Shown here: positions 27,249 through 37,873 of the stretch, one piece after another
How positions within the stretch are numbered: position 1 is the first letter of the stretch
How the letters are laid out: the number at the start of each line of letters is the position of its first letter
Source of the DNA: a candidate division WOR-3 bacterium
GTDB taxonomy: Bacteria > Hydrothermota > Tepidihabitantia > SM23-42 > CAYGYG01
Reading direction: 5' to 3'
NCBI GenBank assembly: GCA_965648915.1
Contig: CBFGIV010000021.1
Span: 1 to 38,857, forward strand
Length of the DNA: 38,857 nucleotides
The notes under the pieces: model-generated
What the model was told of the DNA's origin: nothing
The model's database searches: none
The model's input: only the letters and a program-made list of their open reading frames with translations
Translations under genes and position numbers: made by a program

Positions 27249-28373
27249 TTGATGATCAAAATCATAACCTTGATTATGGTAATTCTCTTCTTAGTCAGCG
27301 GCCAGGATGGTTATCCATTGCTCTCATCTAATCTTAAGGTTCGGAATATTATCTTTTTTATTGGTGATGGGATGGGCCTGGCACAGGTTCAGGCCGCTCG
27401 GATAAAGAGTAAAGGTGCCCTGGGCAGGCTTAATATGGAATTGATGCCGGTCACCGGACTGGTCAATACCTGCGCGGCTGATAAACTGATTACCGATTCG
27501 GGTGCGGGGGGAACCGCTCTGGCCTCGGGTGTCAAGACTAATATTTTCGCAATTGGCGTCGATCCTCTGGGCAACCCATTCCGCACAGTTCTTGAGGCAT
27601 GCCAGAGACAGGGTATGTCTACCGGTATAGTTGTAACTTCTTCAATAACCCATGCAACACCAGCAACCTTTGCCGCCCATTGCTCAAGTCGCAGTGCTGA
27701 ACCAGAGATTGCCGAGCAGTTGATCTATAAAAAAGTCAATATCCTGCTGGGTGGGGGGAAAGAGTTTTTTCTGCCCAAAAAAGTTGCGGGGAGTAAAAGG
27801 GTCGACAATCGAAACCTTATCAAAGAGGCAAAAAAATTGGGTTACACATTCGTTGACAACAAAGAAAGTCTGATAAAAACAGAGAAGAATTATATTCTGG
27901 GACTCTTTCAGATGGGTCATATGTTGACCGATTCGGCCGAACCAAGTCTCGCCTTAATGACACAGAAGGCAATCGAAATCCTCAGTCAGGATCCGGATGG
28001 ATTTTTCTTAATGGTTGAGGGAAGCCAGATCGACTGGAAATGTCATACCAATCAGACCGACAGTATGATTGAACAGACACTTATGCTGGATGAGGCAGTA
28101 AAAGTAGGGTTAGAATTTGCTTTAAGAGACTCGCACACAATCGTTATCGTAACCGCCGACCATGAAACTGGAGGCCTGGGAATTTTAGGTGGGGCAATAA
28201 CCGGTGATAGTTTAATTTGCGGTTGGTTGAGTAAAGACCATACCGCGATAATGGTGCCGATCTTCGCCTTTGGACCCAAGGCGATGATGTTTACCGGTGT
28301 CCACGAAAATAGTGAAATCCCATCTATCCTTGCACGGATTACCGAGATTGAGCCATTTCCGGTTAAGGACTGA
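27249..28373 (+). CDS. phoA: Alkaline phosphatase (PhoA family)
   Basis: IGDGMG, TDSG active Ser, THATPA, MVEGSQIDWKCH and TADHETGG. Signal peptide. Confidence 0.93.
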   Translation: MMIKIITLIMVILFLVSGQDGYPLLSSNLKVRNIIFFIGDGMGLAQVQAARIKSKGALGRLNMELMPVTGLVNTCAADKLITDSGAGGTALASGVKTNIFAIGVDPLGNPFRTVLEACQRQGMSTGIVVTSSITHATPATFAAHCSSRSAEPEIAEQLIYKKVNILLGGGKEFFLPKKVAGSKRVDNRNLIKEAKKLGYTFVDNKESLIKTEKNYILGLFQMGHMLTDSAEPSLALMTQKAIEILSQDPDGFFLMVEGSQIDWKCHTNQTDSMIEQTLMLDEAVKVGLEFALRDSHTIVIVTADHETGGLGILGGAITGDSLICGWLSKDHTAIMVPIFAFGPKAMMFTGVHENSEIPSILARITEIEPFPVKD

Positions 28374-28411
28374 ATATCAGCTGAATTTAAATACGCAGAT
28401 GGGAATAGGCA

Positions 28412-29410
28412 CTACGAATTTATCAAAATTGACGAGCCGGAAATTTTGGAATGCTTGATATTGAGAAGTGCAATATTTGCCTCATCCAGCCTGTATTCAT
28501 TTACCTTTGTCTCAATCTTAAATTCACCAGCGATTTTTAAAAACTCCTTAACATTCTTTCGGGATGTATGGGCTACTGAAGAGAGTGATTTCTCCGGATA
28601 GATATAAGAATAATCAAAACCAGGCAACGGTGTTGTATAGATACCGGCCGAAACGACCCGGCCACCTTTATCGATCTTATTTAAGGCCTTGACCAGCAGT
28701 TCGCCACTCGGGGCAAAGACAATTATCGCATCGAGTAAGATTCCCATATCGTCATCAATCCTGCCCGTCCACCGGGCACCAAGTTGTTCAGCAAGTTTTA
28801 ATTCGGTCTCAGTCCGGGATACGACATAGACATCTATCCCCAGATGATTACAGACTTGCAGTAAGATATGGGCGCTTGAACCAAAACCAAATAACCCGAG
28901 ATTACCTGAATTTTTTAATCCGGTCGCCTTGAATGCCTGATAACCTATAACCCCGGCACAGAGGAGTGGGGCAACTTCTTTATCACTGTAATTCTCTGGA
29001 AGTGGATAGGCAAACTCTTCTTCAACGATCACATATTCCGCAAAACCACCATCGACATCGTAGCCAGTAAACATCGGTTTATCACACAGGTTTTCCCGAT
29101 CAGATTTACAATATTTACATTGCCCGCAGGTCCTGTATAACCAGGGGACACCAAGCCTGTCACCCATTTTGTATCTCTTTGCATTTGCACCAAGTTTATC
29201 TACCCGGCCAACAATCTGATGGCCGGGGATAACCGGGATCTTGTGTGCCGGTAACTCTCCTTCAACTATATGCAGATCGGTCCGGCATACACCGCAGACC
29301 TTGATCCTTAATCTGATTTCACTCCCTTGAGGTTCAGGTAAAGGCAGATCTTTCAATCTTAATGGCTGGTTTTCGAGTTTATCCTGTTTTTCCAATACCA
29401 TTGCCATCAT
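28412..29410 (-). CDS. Zinc-dependent alcohol dehydrogenase family protein
   Basis: CGVCRTDLH, PGHQIVG, CGQCKYC..C, APLLCAG and GLFGFG. Confidence 0.92.
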   Translation of the reverse strand: MMAMVLEKQDKLENQPLRLKDLPLPEPQGSEIRLRIKVCGVCRTDLHIVEGELPAHKIPVIPGHQIVGRVDKLGANAKRYKMGDRLGVPWLYRTCGQCKYCKSDRENLCDKPMFTGYDVDGGFAEYVIVEEEFAYPLPENYSDKEVAPLLCAGVIGYQAFKATGLKNSGNLGLFGFGSSAHILLQVCNHLGIDVYVVSRTETELKLAEQLGARWTGRIDDDMGILLDAIIVFAPSGELLVKALNKIDKGGRVVSAGIYTTPLPGFDYSYIYPEKSLSSVAHTSRKNVKEFLKIAGEFKIETKVNEYRLDEANIALLNIKHSKISGSSILINS

Positions 29411-29585
29411 ATTGACCTAAATATATGGAAACTTCAGAAAAAGTCAACAGGCTCAATGATTAAAATCTTTCGGGTTTTATTTAAATTATTGTTATTTCTT
29501 ATAGAGGGATCAATTATTCTCTACTGCGGTGTCGAACTTTAGTTTAACGAATTATTTCATCGGCCCGACCAGATAAGGAGCCTGG

Positions 29586-30074
29586 TCAGAATTTTTTTTC
29601 ATAAGAGTGGCAGGTTGGCATTTGTCCCTTCTTTTCATAGTAATCCTGATGATAGTCTTCAGCCTTGTAAAATTCACTGACCGGCAGAATTTTGGTGACA
29701 ATATCATATCCCTTTGATCTGAGAATCTCTATCAACCTTTCGGCAACCTTTCTTTCTTCTTCATCATTGTAGAAGATCACGGATTTATACTGTTCGCCAA
29801 TATCCGGACCCTGACCATCGAGCTGGGTTGGGTCATGGATTTCAAAGAATAATTTCGCCAGGTCTTCGTATGTTACTTTTTGAGGGTCGTAAGTAACTTC
29901 GACCGTCTCATAATGGCCGGTCATTCCCGTCTTCACATCCTGATAATTCGGATTCTTTATTGAGCCTCCCATATAACCCGAAACCGCCGAGATAACGCCT
30001 TCTCTCCTATCAAAGTAGTATTCAACACCCCAGAAACATCCACCAGCAAAATAAGCTTTCTTAAAACCAGACAT
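29586..30074 (-). CDS. msrA: Peptide methionine sulfoxide reductase A (Cys form)
   Basis: FAGGCFWGVE, GHYE, HDPT, QGPDIGEQY and AEDYHQDYY. Confidence 0.96.
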   Translation of the reverse strand: MSGFKKAYFAGGCFWGVEYYFDRREGVISAVSGYMGGSIKNPNYQDVKTGMTGHYETVEVTYDPQKVTYEDLAKLFFEIHDPTQLDGQGPDIGEQYKSVIFYNDEEERKVAERLIEILRSKGYDIVTKILPVSEFYKAEDYHQDYYEKKGQMPTCHSYEKKF

Positions 30075-30107
30075 AAGATACTGCCAAGCTAAAAGTAAAG
30101 GCCTTCG

Positions 30108-30254
30108 CTACCTTCTCTTTGTTTTTATGGTCTCCCGAGCACACGGGTGAACCTTTGAACTCCCGTGGCACTTTTTAATTTGATCCGTTGAGCATTCTGT
30201 GCCTTTTTTCTTCAGATTTTTAGGCTTTTGACAGCGAATAATTTTACCACACAT
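30108..30254 (-). CDS. 48-aa Cys/His-rich small protein (MCGKIIRCQKPKNLKKKGTECSTDQIKKCHGSSKVHPCARETIKTKRR)
   Basis: AAGGAG SD, ATG 30254, TAG 30108-30110. Too short for the ORF track. Confidence 0.7.
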   Translation of the reverse strand: MCGKIIRCQKPKNLKKKGTECSTDQIKKCHGSSKVHPCARETIKTKRR

Positions 30255-30309
30255 TTCAGATCTCCTTTTGAAAACAATTTAGTGGTATAATTGAACATTT
30301 TTAAACTTT

Positions 30310-31185
30310 CTAAATCTCAATGCCGAAGACTTTCCTCATCACTATGCCGATGGCAAAATTTATTACTGCAACACCAAGACTTATTCCAGCCATTTCCAGA
30401 AATCGGGCTTTGAAACTCAGTGATTTAGCAATGGCAACATAGTAATTGAAAACAGTTATAAGCAACAACATCGTAATAATGGTTAAGGCGAGGCAGACGA
30501 ATATATTAGGCAACAGAAAGTAGGGTAGAACAAGAATGGTGATTGTTCCGATATAAGCAAGTCCAGTATATAAACTGGCTTTGATTGGTACTTTACCTGA
30601 ATCCTCCTCTTTGGCCGAAAGATATGAAGATGCCGCCATTGATAACGCACCGGCGATTCCAGTTATTAAACCCACTATGCCAACGATATCTGATTTTCGA
30701 AGGGCCAGAGAAAATCCTACCAGGGCACCACTGATCTCGACCAATGCATCATTCAAGCCCAAGACTACCGAACTTACATATTTCAGCCGTTCTTCCTGGA
30801 TTAACCCGATCAATTCTCTTTCATGCCGGTTTTCGTCTTTTATAATCTTATCTATATCCAATGAAAGTTTTTTTATCTCATCGTATGTATGCTGGGCAAG
30901 GTCTTCACCTTTCTCCATCAGTTTCAGACTGAAATTTAAGCCAAATATCCAGGCTATCAGCGCATAAAAGAAGATTTTAAATTTTGCCGGTTTCAGTTCT
31001 TCATTGGTTAAAGTCTTAAAAAAATTATAATGGGTAATCTCTTCCTCAGCGATTTGGAATAGGATCTGTTTGTGTTGCTGATCTTTAGTCTGTTCGGCAA
31101 GTCTCTTGTAAATATAATGTTCAGTTAGTTCAGTTTTCTGACTTTTAAGTATTTTATTTTTGAGTTCGGGCTCAATATATTCCAT
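30310..31185 (-). CDS. Rubrerythrin/ferritin-like + VIT1/CCC1 family protein
   Basis: ExxH motifs (EEEITH, DENRHE), VLGLNDALVE, GALSMAASSYLS and TM helices. Confidence 0.9.
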   Translation of the reverse strand: MEYIEPELKNKILKSQKTELTEHYIYKRLAEQTKDQQHKQILFQIAEEEITHYNFFKTLTNEELKPAKFKIFFYALIAWIFGLNFSLKLMEKGEDLAQHTYDEIKKLSLDIDKIIKDENRHERELIGLIQEERLKYVSSVVLGLNDALVEISGALVGFSLALRKSDIVGIVGLITGIAGALSMAASSYLSAKEEDSGKVPIKASLYTGLAYIGTITILVLPYFLLPNIFVCLALTIITMLLLITVFNYYVAIAKSLSFKARFLEMAGISLGVAVINFAIGIVMRKVFGIEI

Positions 31186-31219
31186 AACCCCAGGCCAGGT
31201 AAATCTCTATGCCCACCAG

Positions 31220-31660
31220 TTATTCTTTTAACTCCGATGTGCAATTTGGACAGCGCACGGCCTTGATGGGAATGGCAGTAAAACAGAATGGGCATTCTTT
31301 GGTGGACGGTTGAGCCGGTGCCTGAGGTTTTGGTGCGGTCAAACGATTTATCTGTTTAATCATCAGAAAAAGCACGAAGGCAATGATTATGAAATTGATA
31401 ATAGTATTCAGAAAAAGTCCGTAGTTGATTGTTGGTGCGCCGGCCTTTTTGGCCTCGGCCACACTCGTCCAGGGCTGGCCCGAAAGATTAATGAATAGAT
31501 TTGAGAAATCAACGCGATTGAGCAGTAAGCCGATTGGTGGCATAATGATATCAGTCACCAGCGAGTTGACAATCGCACCAAATGCACCACCCATAATAAA
31601 ACCAACGGCGAGGTCAACCACATTGCCCCGCATGGCAAATTTTTTGAATTCAGCAAACAT
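31220..31660 (-). CDS. mscL: Large-conductance mechanosensitive channel with C-terminal Cys4 ribbon
   Basis: [29 protein letters not shown]-terminal CPFC..CPNC. ATG 31660 with AGGAG SD. Confidence 0.95.
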   Translation of the reverse strand: MFAEFKKFAMRGNVVDLAVGFIMGGAFGAIVNSLVTDIIMPPIGLLLNRVDFSNLFINLSGQPWTSVAEAKKAGAPTINYGLFLNTIINFIIIAFVLFLMIKQINRLTAPKPQAPAQPSTKECPFCFTAIPIKAVRCPNCTSELKE

Positions 31661-31949
31661 ATTATCTCCTTTCATTAAAAAGTTATTCATTTTCCTGAAA
31701 AAATCAAGAGGAGTCTCATCTTGATAAAAATTGAAAAATTATTTTCTGCCTCTTTTTATTTATCAGTCTTAATATTTGTAGCATCCGGAGCCTCTCCCCT
31801 GGATTCTTATATTATAAGAGTATTTAAAGGAGACATCGAATGGGCAGGAATTATCCTTATCGATTTCATTGCCGAAAGATAACCTTTCAATTTCCTCAGT
31901 TCGGATTGTATAACCCGCCGGCATCTTTTCAACAACAACCATCAGCATA

Positions 31950-32037
31950 TTTTCACAGGCTGCTTGCTATAAAGGCTATGGCAAAGATTGGTATCGATAT
32001 TTCAGAACAGAAATCAAAACATACAAAAGATTATTGA
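31950..32037 (+). pseudogene. Remnant of ArsC/LMW-PTP family gene
   Basis: ..LAIKAMAKIGIDISEQKSK.. matches the arsenate reductase middle segment. The catalytic CxxNxxRS loop is absent. Confidence 0.5.
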
Positions 32038-32124
32038 GTGGTTGAGACAGTTGATTTTTTATCTTTTGAAATTTCTTTTATTCTTAATTCTTGATACTTA
32101 TTGATCACTGCGTATCCTCCCACA

Positions 32125-33552
32125 CTACTTTTTGCTCCATTTTTTTCTATCTTTCTCAATATTCTTAAGTAAATCATTAGAGATTTTAGTTGGATAATTG
32201 CCGGTGAAGCAGGCAGTGCAAAATCCTGTATCACCTGAACCGATGCCCTTTATCAAACCTTCAACTGTCTGGTATACAAGGGCATCGGCACCAATTGATT
32301 TTTTGATCTCTTCGATTGATTTATTTCGGGCAATAAACTCTCCTCTGGTTTGCATATCTATGCCATAAACGCAGGGGTATTTCAGGGGTGGCGAATAGAC
32401 ACCAAAATAGGTTTCTTTTGCCCCTGCACTACGAATCAATTCAATAATCTCTCTTGATGTGTTACCCCGGACAATGGAGTCATCTATTAGTAAAACCTTT
32501 TTATTCTTAATCTCAGATTTTATCACATTCAATTTCATCCGAACCGCCTCAACGCGTTGTTTTTGTGTAGGCATTATAAATGTCCTGTGAATATAACGAT
32601 TCTTTATTAGCCCTTCGCGATGTTTTACACCTAATACCTCTGCAACCATTTGTGCAGAACCTCGAGCCGTGTCCGGGACAGGAACAACGACATCCGGTTT
32701 TATTCCGGCCTTCAAACATTCTTTGCCCAGTTCTTCACCCAGTCTTAGCCTTGCTTCATAAACACCTATCCCATCAATTACTGAGTCCGGTCGTGCAAAA
32801 TATACATACTCAAATATGCAGGTCGCTTTCTTACCAGCACAAATCTGTTGTCTATATAATTCCCCTTTTGTATCGACAAATATTGCCTCCCCCGGCAATA
32901 TATCCTTGAGTTCTTGACATCCCAGCATATCAAGTGCAACACTCTCGGAAGCAAATGAGTATCCTTCACCATTCTGGGCATAGACAATAGGTTTTATTCC
33001 GTTGCTATCCCGGAAAGCAAGGAGCCCCTTACCGGCGATGATACAAACTACCGCAAAACTACCAATCAATTTTTCATATACGCCTTTGAGCGCGTTGAAT
33101 AATAGATCAGCATCAAATTTACTCAAATCCATTTTTGAAAGTTCTATTGAAAGAATATTTAATATGATTTCAGCATCACAATTTGAATTCAAATACCTCA
33201 AGTCCTTTTCAATTATCTCTTTTTTTAATTCAAAATAATTAACTAAATTCCCATTGTGTGCTAGCGCAATACCATAAGGGACAGTCAATACAAATGGCTG
33301 GGCATCCTCAATACCACCCGGTCCGATTGTTGGATAACGCACATGACCGATGCCGATATTTCCATCAAGACGAGCAATGTTTTTTGGATTGAATACATTT
33401 GTAACAAGCCCCTGTCCTTTCTTTAAATGGAAAGTCTGCTCGTAGGTGACAGCACCTGCCGCATCCTGTCCCCTATGTTGCAATGCAATCAGTCCCGGAA
33501 AAATATAATCAATTGCCCTTCCCCTACCGATTATTCCGATTATACCACACAT
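32125..33552 (-). CDS. purF: Amidophosphoribosyltransferase
   Basis: MCGIIG, LQHRGQD, GHVRYPT, CIFEYVYFARPDS and DDSIVRGNT. Confidence 0.97.
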   Translation of the reverse strand: MCGIIGIIGRGRAIDYIFPGLIALQHRGQDAAGAVTYEQTFHLKKGQGLVTNVFNPKNIARLDGNIGIGHVRYPTIGPGGIEDAQPFVLTVPYGIALAHNGNLVNYFELKKEIIEKDLRYLNSNCDAEIILNILSIELSKMDLSKFDADLLFNALKGVYEKLIGSFAVVCIIAGKGLLAFRDSNGIKPIVYAQNGEGYSFASESVALDMLGCQELKDILPGEAIFVDTKGELYRQQICAGKKATCIFEYVYFARPDSVIDGIGVYEARLRLGEELGKECLKAGIKPDVVVPVPDTARGSAQMVAEVLGVKHREGLIKNRYIHRTFIMPTQKQRVEAVRMKLNVIKSEIKNKKVLLIDDSIVRGNTSREIIELIRSAGAKETYFGVYSPPLKYPCVYGIDMQTRGEFIARNKSIEEIKKSIGADALVYQTVEGLIKGIGSGDTGFCTACFTGNYPTKISNDLLKNIEKDRKKWSKK

Positions 33553-33553
33553 A

Positions 33554-35056
33554 TCATTCCCATTCTATTGTTGCCGGTGGTTTAGAAGTTATATCATATA
33601 CCACCCGATTTACACCCTTTACTTCATTGGCTATCCGGCGCGAAACAATTCTTAAGAATTCATCGGGTAATTTCACCCAGTCCGCAGTCATACCGTCGTC
33701 GCTATAGACTGCCCGTATTGCACAGACATTCTCGTAAGTCCTCTTATCACCCATTACACCCACACTGCCTAAGGGCAGCAGTACAGTGAATATCTGCCAT
33801 ATATCTTTGTAATTCTTCAATTTTTTTGCTTCTTCCTGCAGGATTCTATCCGCCTGTCTTAAGATCTCAAGTTTTTTTTCTGTAATATCACCAACCACTC
33901 GAACCGCAAGTCCTGGACCCGGAAATGGTTTTCTCTCTATGAATGCTTTTGGCATTTTCAGCCTTCTTGCAATTTCACGCACTTCATCCTTAAAGAGCAT
34001 CTTCAACGGTTCAATGATTCTCAAATTCATCTTCTCAGGAAGACCACCAACATTGTGATGGCTCTTTATGATTGCGGATGGTCCGATTCCCTTGCCGGAT
34101 TCTATCACATCAGGATATAGTGTCCCCTGGATCAAATATTCAACGCCCTTTATCTTTCTTGCCTCTTCTTCAAATATTCTGATAAACTCATTACCGATAA
34201 TTTTACGTTTCTGTTCAGGCTCTTTTATTCCGCTTAATTTATTCAAAAATCTCTTTCTCGCATCAACAACAATCAAATTCATTCTATTTTTCAGGCTCCT
34301 TTTGACCTCTTCTCTCTCATTGCTTCTTAATAAACCATTGTCAACGAATATGCCAACAAATTTGTTGCCGATTGCCTTAGATGTCAAAACGCCGGCTACG
34401 GTAGAATCAATACCCCCACTTATTGCACAGATTGCCTTTTTATGACCGATTGTTTCCCGCATTTCTTTTATTTTTTCTTCGATAAATTTCTGCATTGACC
34501 AGGTCTTTTTTGCCCTGCAAATCTCAAAGAGAAAATTTTTTATTACTTTCGTGCCATATTGCGTATGTCTAACTTCAGGGTGGAATTGAACACCGTAAAA
34601 ATTTTTTAACTGGAGACCGGCAATAGGTGTGGTGTCGGTTGATGCAATCAACCTTGCACCTTCAGGCAATTTAATTACTGAATCTCCATGGCTCATCCAG
34701 ACCTGGAATTGGTCAGGCAATCCAGCAAACAATCGATTCTTTTTTATTCTTATCTCAGCCGGACCATATTCACGAGACTTGGTATGTTGAACCCTGCCCC
34801 CGAATACCTGGGCGGTCAACTGCATGCCATAGCATATCCCTAAAGCCGGAATATTATATTCAAAAAAATGTATAAATTTTTTGATATCGGTCTCATAGAC
34901 ACTGCCTGGTCCACCAGAGAGAATAATACCTTCGAGATTTTCAACATTGAGTTTGTCAATGAAGCAGCTAAAAATCTCAGAATATACTCCACATTCCCTA
35001 ACCCTGCGGGCGATCAACTGGGTATACTGGGAGCCAAAATCAATAACTGCAATCAT
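33554..35056 (-). CDS. guaA: GMP synthase (glutamine-hydrolysing)
   Basis: DFGSQYTQLI, GICYGMQ, QFHPEV, SGGIDS and KPPATIEWE. Leaderless ATG 35056 after TTGAAT-16-TACACT. Confidence 0.97.
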   Translation of the reverse strand: MIAVIDFGSQYTQLIARRVRECGVYSEIFSCFIDKLNVENLEGIILSGGPGSVYETDIKKFIHFFEYNIPALGICYGMQLTAQVFGGRVQHTKSREYGPAEIRIKKNRLFAGLPDQFQVWMSHGDSVIKLPEGARLIASTDTTPIAGLQLKNFYGVQFHPEVRHTQYGTKVIKNFLFEICRAKKTWSMQKFIEEKIKEMRETIGHKKAICAISGGIDSTVAGVLTSKAIGNKFVGIFVDNGLLRSNEREEVKRSLKNRMNLIVVDARKRFLNKLSGIKEPEQKRKIIGNEFIRIFEEEARKIKGVEYLIQGTLYPDVIESGKGIGPSAIIKSHHNVGGLPEKMNLRIIEPLKMLFKDEVREIARRLKMPKAFIERKPFPGPGLAVRVVGDITEKKLEILRQADRILQEEAKKLKNYKDIWQIFTVLLPLGSVGVMGDKRTYENVCAIRAVYSDDGMTADWVKLPDEFLRIVSRRIANEVKGVNRVVYDITSKPPATIEWE

Positions 35057-35335
35057 AGGAAAGTGTATACAGAATTTACTAAAATTCAAGAGATTAATTT
35101 AAATCAAAAATAATTTAATATTAGGTTAAAATATCAAAATTTTGAAATCTAAATCTGGAGTAGAAAATCCATTTTCCTTATTTTTTACGGGATTAAAATC
35201 CGTGCTTCTGCCTTTGTCCTTTATTAACCAGCCAGGGGGCGTTTCTCCAGCACAGGCGCGTCTCGCCCGACAGATACTCCTTTCTCTTTTAACCCATTTT
35301 TCTTGACTTTCTTTTCAAACCGGTTATAATCTCTA

Positions 35336-36040
35336 ATGAATAAAATCGTTTTAACTCCAAAATTTGGACAATTGATATTTGCCTTGTTGATCCCATTCGT
35401 TTTGAAGGCTACAGATGACTATCAAAAATTCCTTGGCCGATGGAAATATGAATCCGAACAAGAAACAATCATTTTAGAATTCAAGACCGAAAATCTTCTG
35501 ATTTACAATGGTGAAGAAATTGGATATATGCTTGTTAATGGTTCAATCAGAGTTGAAGATGAATTTCTTGGTTATGTTGATTATCCATATTCCCTCCAAC
35601 AGGGTTTGCTTAAGATAACCTATCCGGGTGGTTATACCCTCGGATTCAAACGTTTGAAATCCCCGAAAAAAAATAAAGGGTCCACTGATATTAAAACCAC
35701 CAAAACTTCTAATCTTATAAAACATTTTGCAGGTACCTGGAAAAATTATACAAAATACACTGAAACGATGGTGGTCTTGTATCCGGATGGGAGTTATGGA
35801 AGTCGGTATTCAAGTTCATATAGCAGTGCTGAGCCTGGTGAAGAATGGGGTGCTGCTGCTGATGTTCATAGACAGGGCAGATGGACTGTGCAGGGCACAC
35901 TTGAACAGGGAATTATCACCTGTATTACCGAAGACGGTTCAGAGGTAAAGTATCAATATCAGGTCCATGTCGAGAATGGTGAGATATACTGGAATGAATA
36001 TTACTTTAATGGTGACTTATACGGCAAGGTGAAAGAGTAG
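35336..36040 (+). CDS. Exported hypothetical protein with two beta-rich (lipocalin-like GxW) domains
   Basis: Signal peptide, FLGRW and FAGTW motifs. Promoter TTGACT(35303)-16-TATAAT(35325) lies 5 nt before the ATG. Confidence 0.7.
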   Translation: MNKIVLTPKFGQLIFALLIPFVLKATDDYQKFLGRWKYESEQETIILEFKTENLLIYNGEEIGYMLVNGSIRVEDEFLGYVDYPYSLQQGLLKITYPGGYTLGFKRLKSPKKNKGSTDIKTTKTSNLIKHFAGTWKNYTKYTETMVVLYPDGSYGSRYSSSYSSAEPGEEWGAAADVHRQGRWTVQGTLEQGIITCITEDGSEVKYQYQVHVENGEIYWNEYYFNGDLYGKVKE

Positions 36041-36296
36041 ATAGCGTATAGTTAATTTCAAAATCACCTGTCGGTAATTTTATTAGTGACAAGTCATTGA
36101 TTCCGTATCATCTGATTATATATTTATCTCAACCCATCTTCTACTTTCGAGGTCTGACCCGTTCACTTCCAATTGTCAAGCGGATAGATGCAGATCGTGC
36201 CTGCTCGTTTCGTCAACTGAACAGGGTTAAAGATGGGATTATCCATGAAGATCAACCTTATACTGGTTGACAAAGCTTAAATTGTAAATACAATGT

Positions 36297-37580
36297 TTGT
36301 GTATCGGTTTTTCCAACAGAGCCAGAATGTTCTGGGACAATTGGCGGAAAGGAGATAAAATAGTCAGGGAAAAACCTTTGGTTATTTTATCATTGGCTAT
36401 TTTTTTATTTTTAATTACCTGCAAGAAAAAAGAATCAGAACTACCAACCAAGGGTGTAGTATTCACCGATTCACTTTATGGCACAAGGATGGTGCGCATT
36501 ACAGATAAAGAGATTGATGGCTATTCAGGTAATGGTATAGAAAACGAATATGCCCGGGCAGATGCCTATAACATAGATGAATCCTATTTAATCCTGCGTG
36601 GTAATGATGGTGTCTTTTATCTATATAATGCCTCAAATTTTCAACTGGTGCGAAGCCTTGACAAGCTTGGTGGAGGTCAGGAATTAGAACCGAGATGGCA
36701 CTCAACCGACCCGACTATCTTTTACTTTTTTTCAGGTCCCAATCTTAAATCATATAATATCACAAACGAAGCACAGCAGACAGTTCACAACTTTGCGCAT
36801 GAATTTCCCAATTGTGCCTACATAACCACTGGCTCAGAAGGTGATGCATCCCGGGATAGAAATTACTGGTGTCTGATGATTGTAGATTCGGTATTTAACA
36901 CAATTGCGGTTGTTGTCTATGAATTGAGCACAAATAGCATAATCGGTCAAAAGATGAGTTTTCCGGACGCTATAAATTGGGTTAGTATGGATATGTCAGG
37001 TAACCATGCAGTCATTGGATATGATAGCCATGTCTGCCAGGTCTTCAACAGGAATCTTACAAGTTATATTGACCTACCCACCGGTGCAAATGGGCACATG
37101 GATTTAGCACTTGATGCTTCAAATAATGATGTTATGGTTTATCAGAATAACGCCACTGACTGGATCGCAATGGCCGATTTGAATTCTGGAACCGAGACTC
37201 AACTCATCCAGATTCCCTTTGATGTTAATCCTGACATCGGACTTCATTTTTCCGGTAACTGTGGAGCAACGCCCGGCTGGGTGCTCGTTTCTACCTATGG
37301 GGCAAAAAATCCACCCAAAGGTAAAACCCATTCGTGGATGGATAACCTGTTGTTTATGGTTGAACTGAAGGCAAACCCGAGGATAATAAAACTGGCACAG
37401 ACCCATTCCTACACTGCAGAGGACCCGGATGATGTAGAAAAAAACTATTTTGCTGAGGCGTTTGCAAGTATAAATTATAATGGCACAAAGGTTGTCTTTG
37501 GTTCAAACTGGGGAATTCTGTCCCCGCTTGATTATACCGATGCCTATCAGGTTACAATGCCATCAGGCTGGAATCAGTGA
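36297..37580 (+). CDS. Putative lipoprotein, TolB-like beta-propeller (start uncertain)
   Basis: Hydrophobic stretch ending LITC-KKK. Blade-like motifs RMVRITD, AYNIDES, EPRWHSTDP and VVFGSNW. Confidence 0.7.
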   Translation: MCIGFSNRARMFWDNWRKGDKIVREKPLVILSLAIFLFLITCKKKESELPTKGVVFTDSLYGTRMVRITDKEIDGYSGNGIENEYARADAYNIDESYLILRGNDGVFYLYNASNFQLVRSLDKLGGGQELEPRWHSTDPTIFYFFSGPNLKSYNITNEAQQTVHNFAHEFPNCAYITTGSEGDASRDRNYWCLMIVDSVFNTIAVVVYELSTNSIIGQKMSFPDAINWVSMDMSGNHAVIGYDSHVCQVFNRNLTSYIDLPTGANGHMDLALDASNNDVMVYQNNATDWIAMADLNSGTETQLIQIPFDVNPDIGLHFSGNCGATPGWVLVSTYGAKNPPKGKTHSWMDNLLFMVELKANPRIIKLAQTHSYTAEDPDDVEKNYFAEAFASINYNGTKVVFGSNWGILSPLDYTDAYQVTMPSGWNQ

Positions 37581-37873
37581 GTAAATTACCATTAATCTCC
37601 GGGGTTAACAATTATTTAAATTGTGGTTAGAAACTGCTTCTCTCATTTTTGCGAAAAAGTGAAAAGGCTATATCGGCCCAAATAACTCTATCCCGATATC
37701 CTGCCCGTCACTATCATTCGAAGATTAGAAATCACTTACTACTGGCTATTGACTACCCTTGCTACTCAACGCGAAGATAATGATTATTTTCCTTTTTTGT
37801 TAGATTCGTTTTTGGCGCACCGCATTTCAAAAAGGCAAGATTTAACATCATTTGCAATGTTTTTCATACAAAA

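Noticed and set aside
29586..30074. Sec-containing MsrA or an upstream MsrB fusion
   Set aside because: The active site is Cys (GCFWG) and the upstream DNA encodes an unrelated small ORF.
35229..35280. GC-rich patch upstream of guaA as a purine or ZTP riboswitch
   Set aside because: It lacks consensus motifs and lies upstream of the predicted leaderless guaA promoter.
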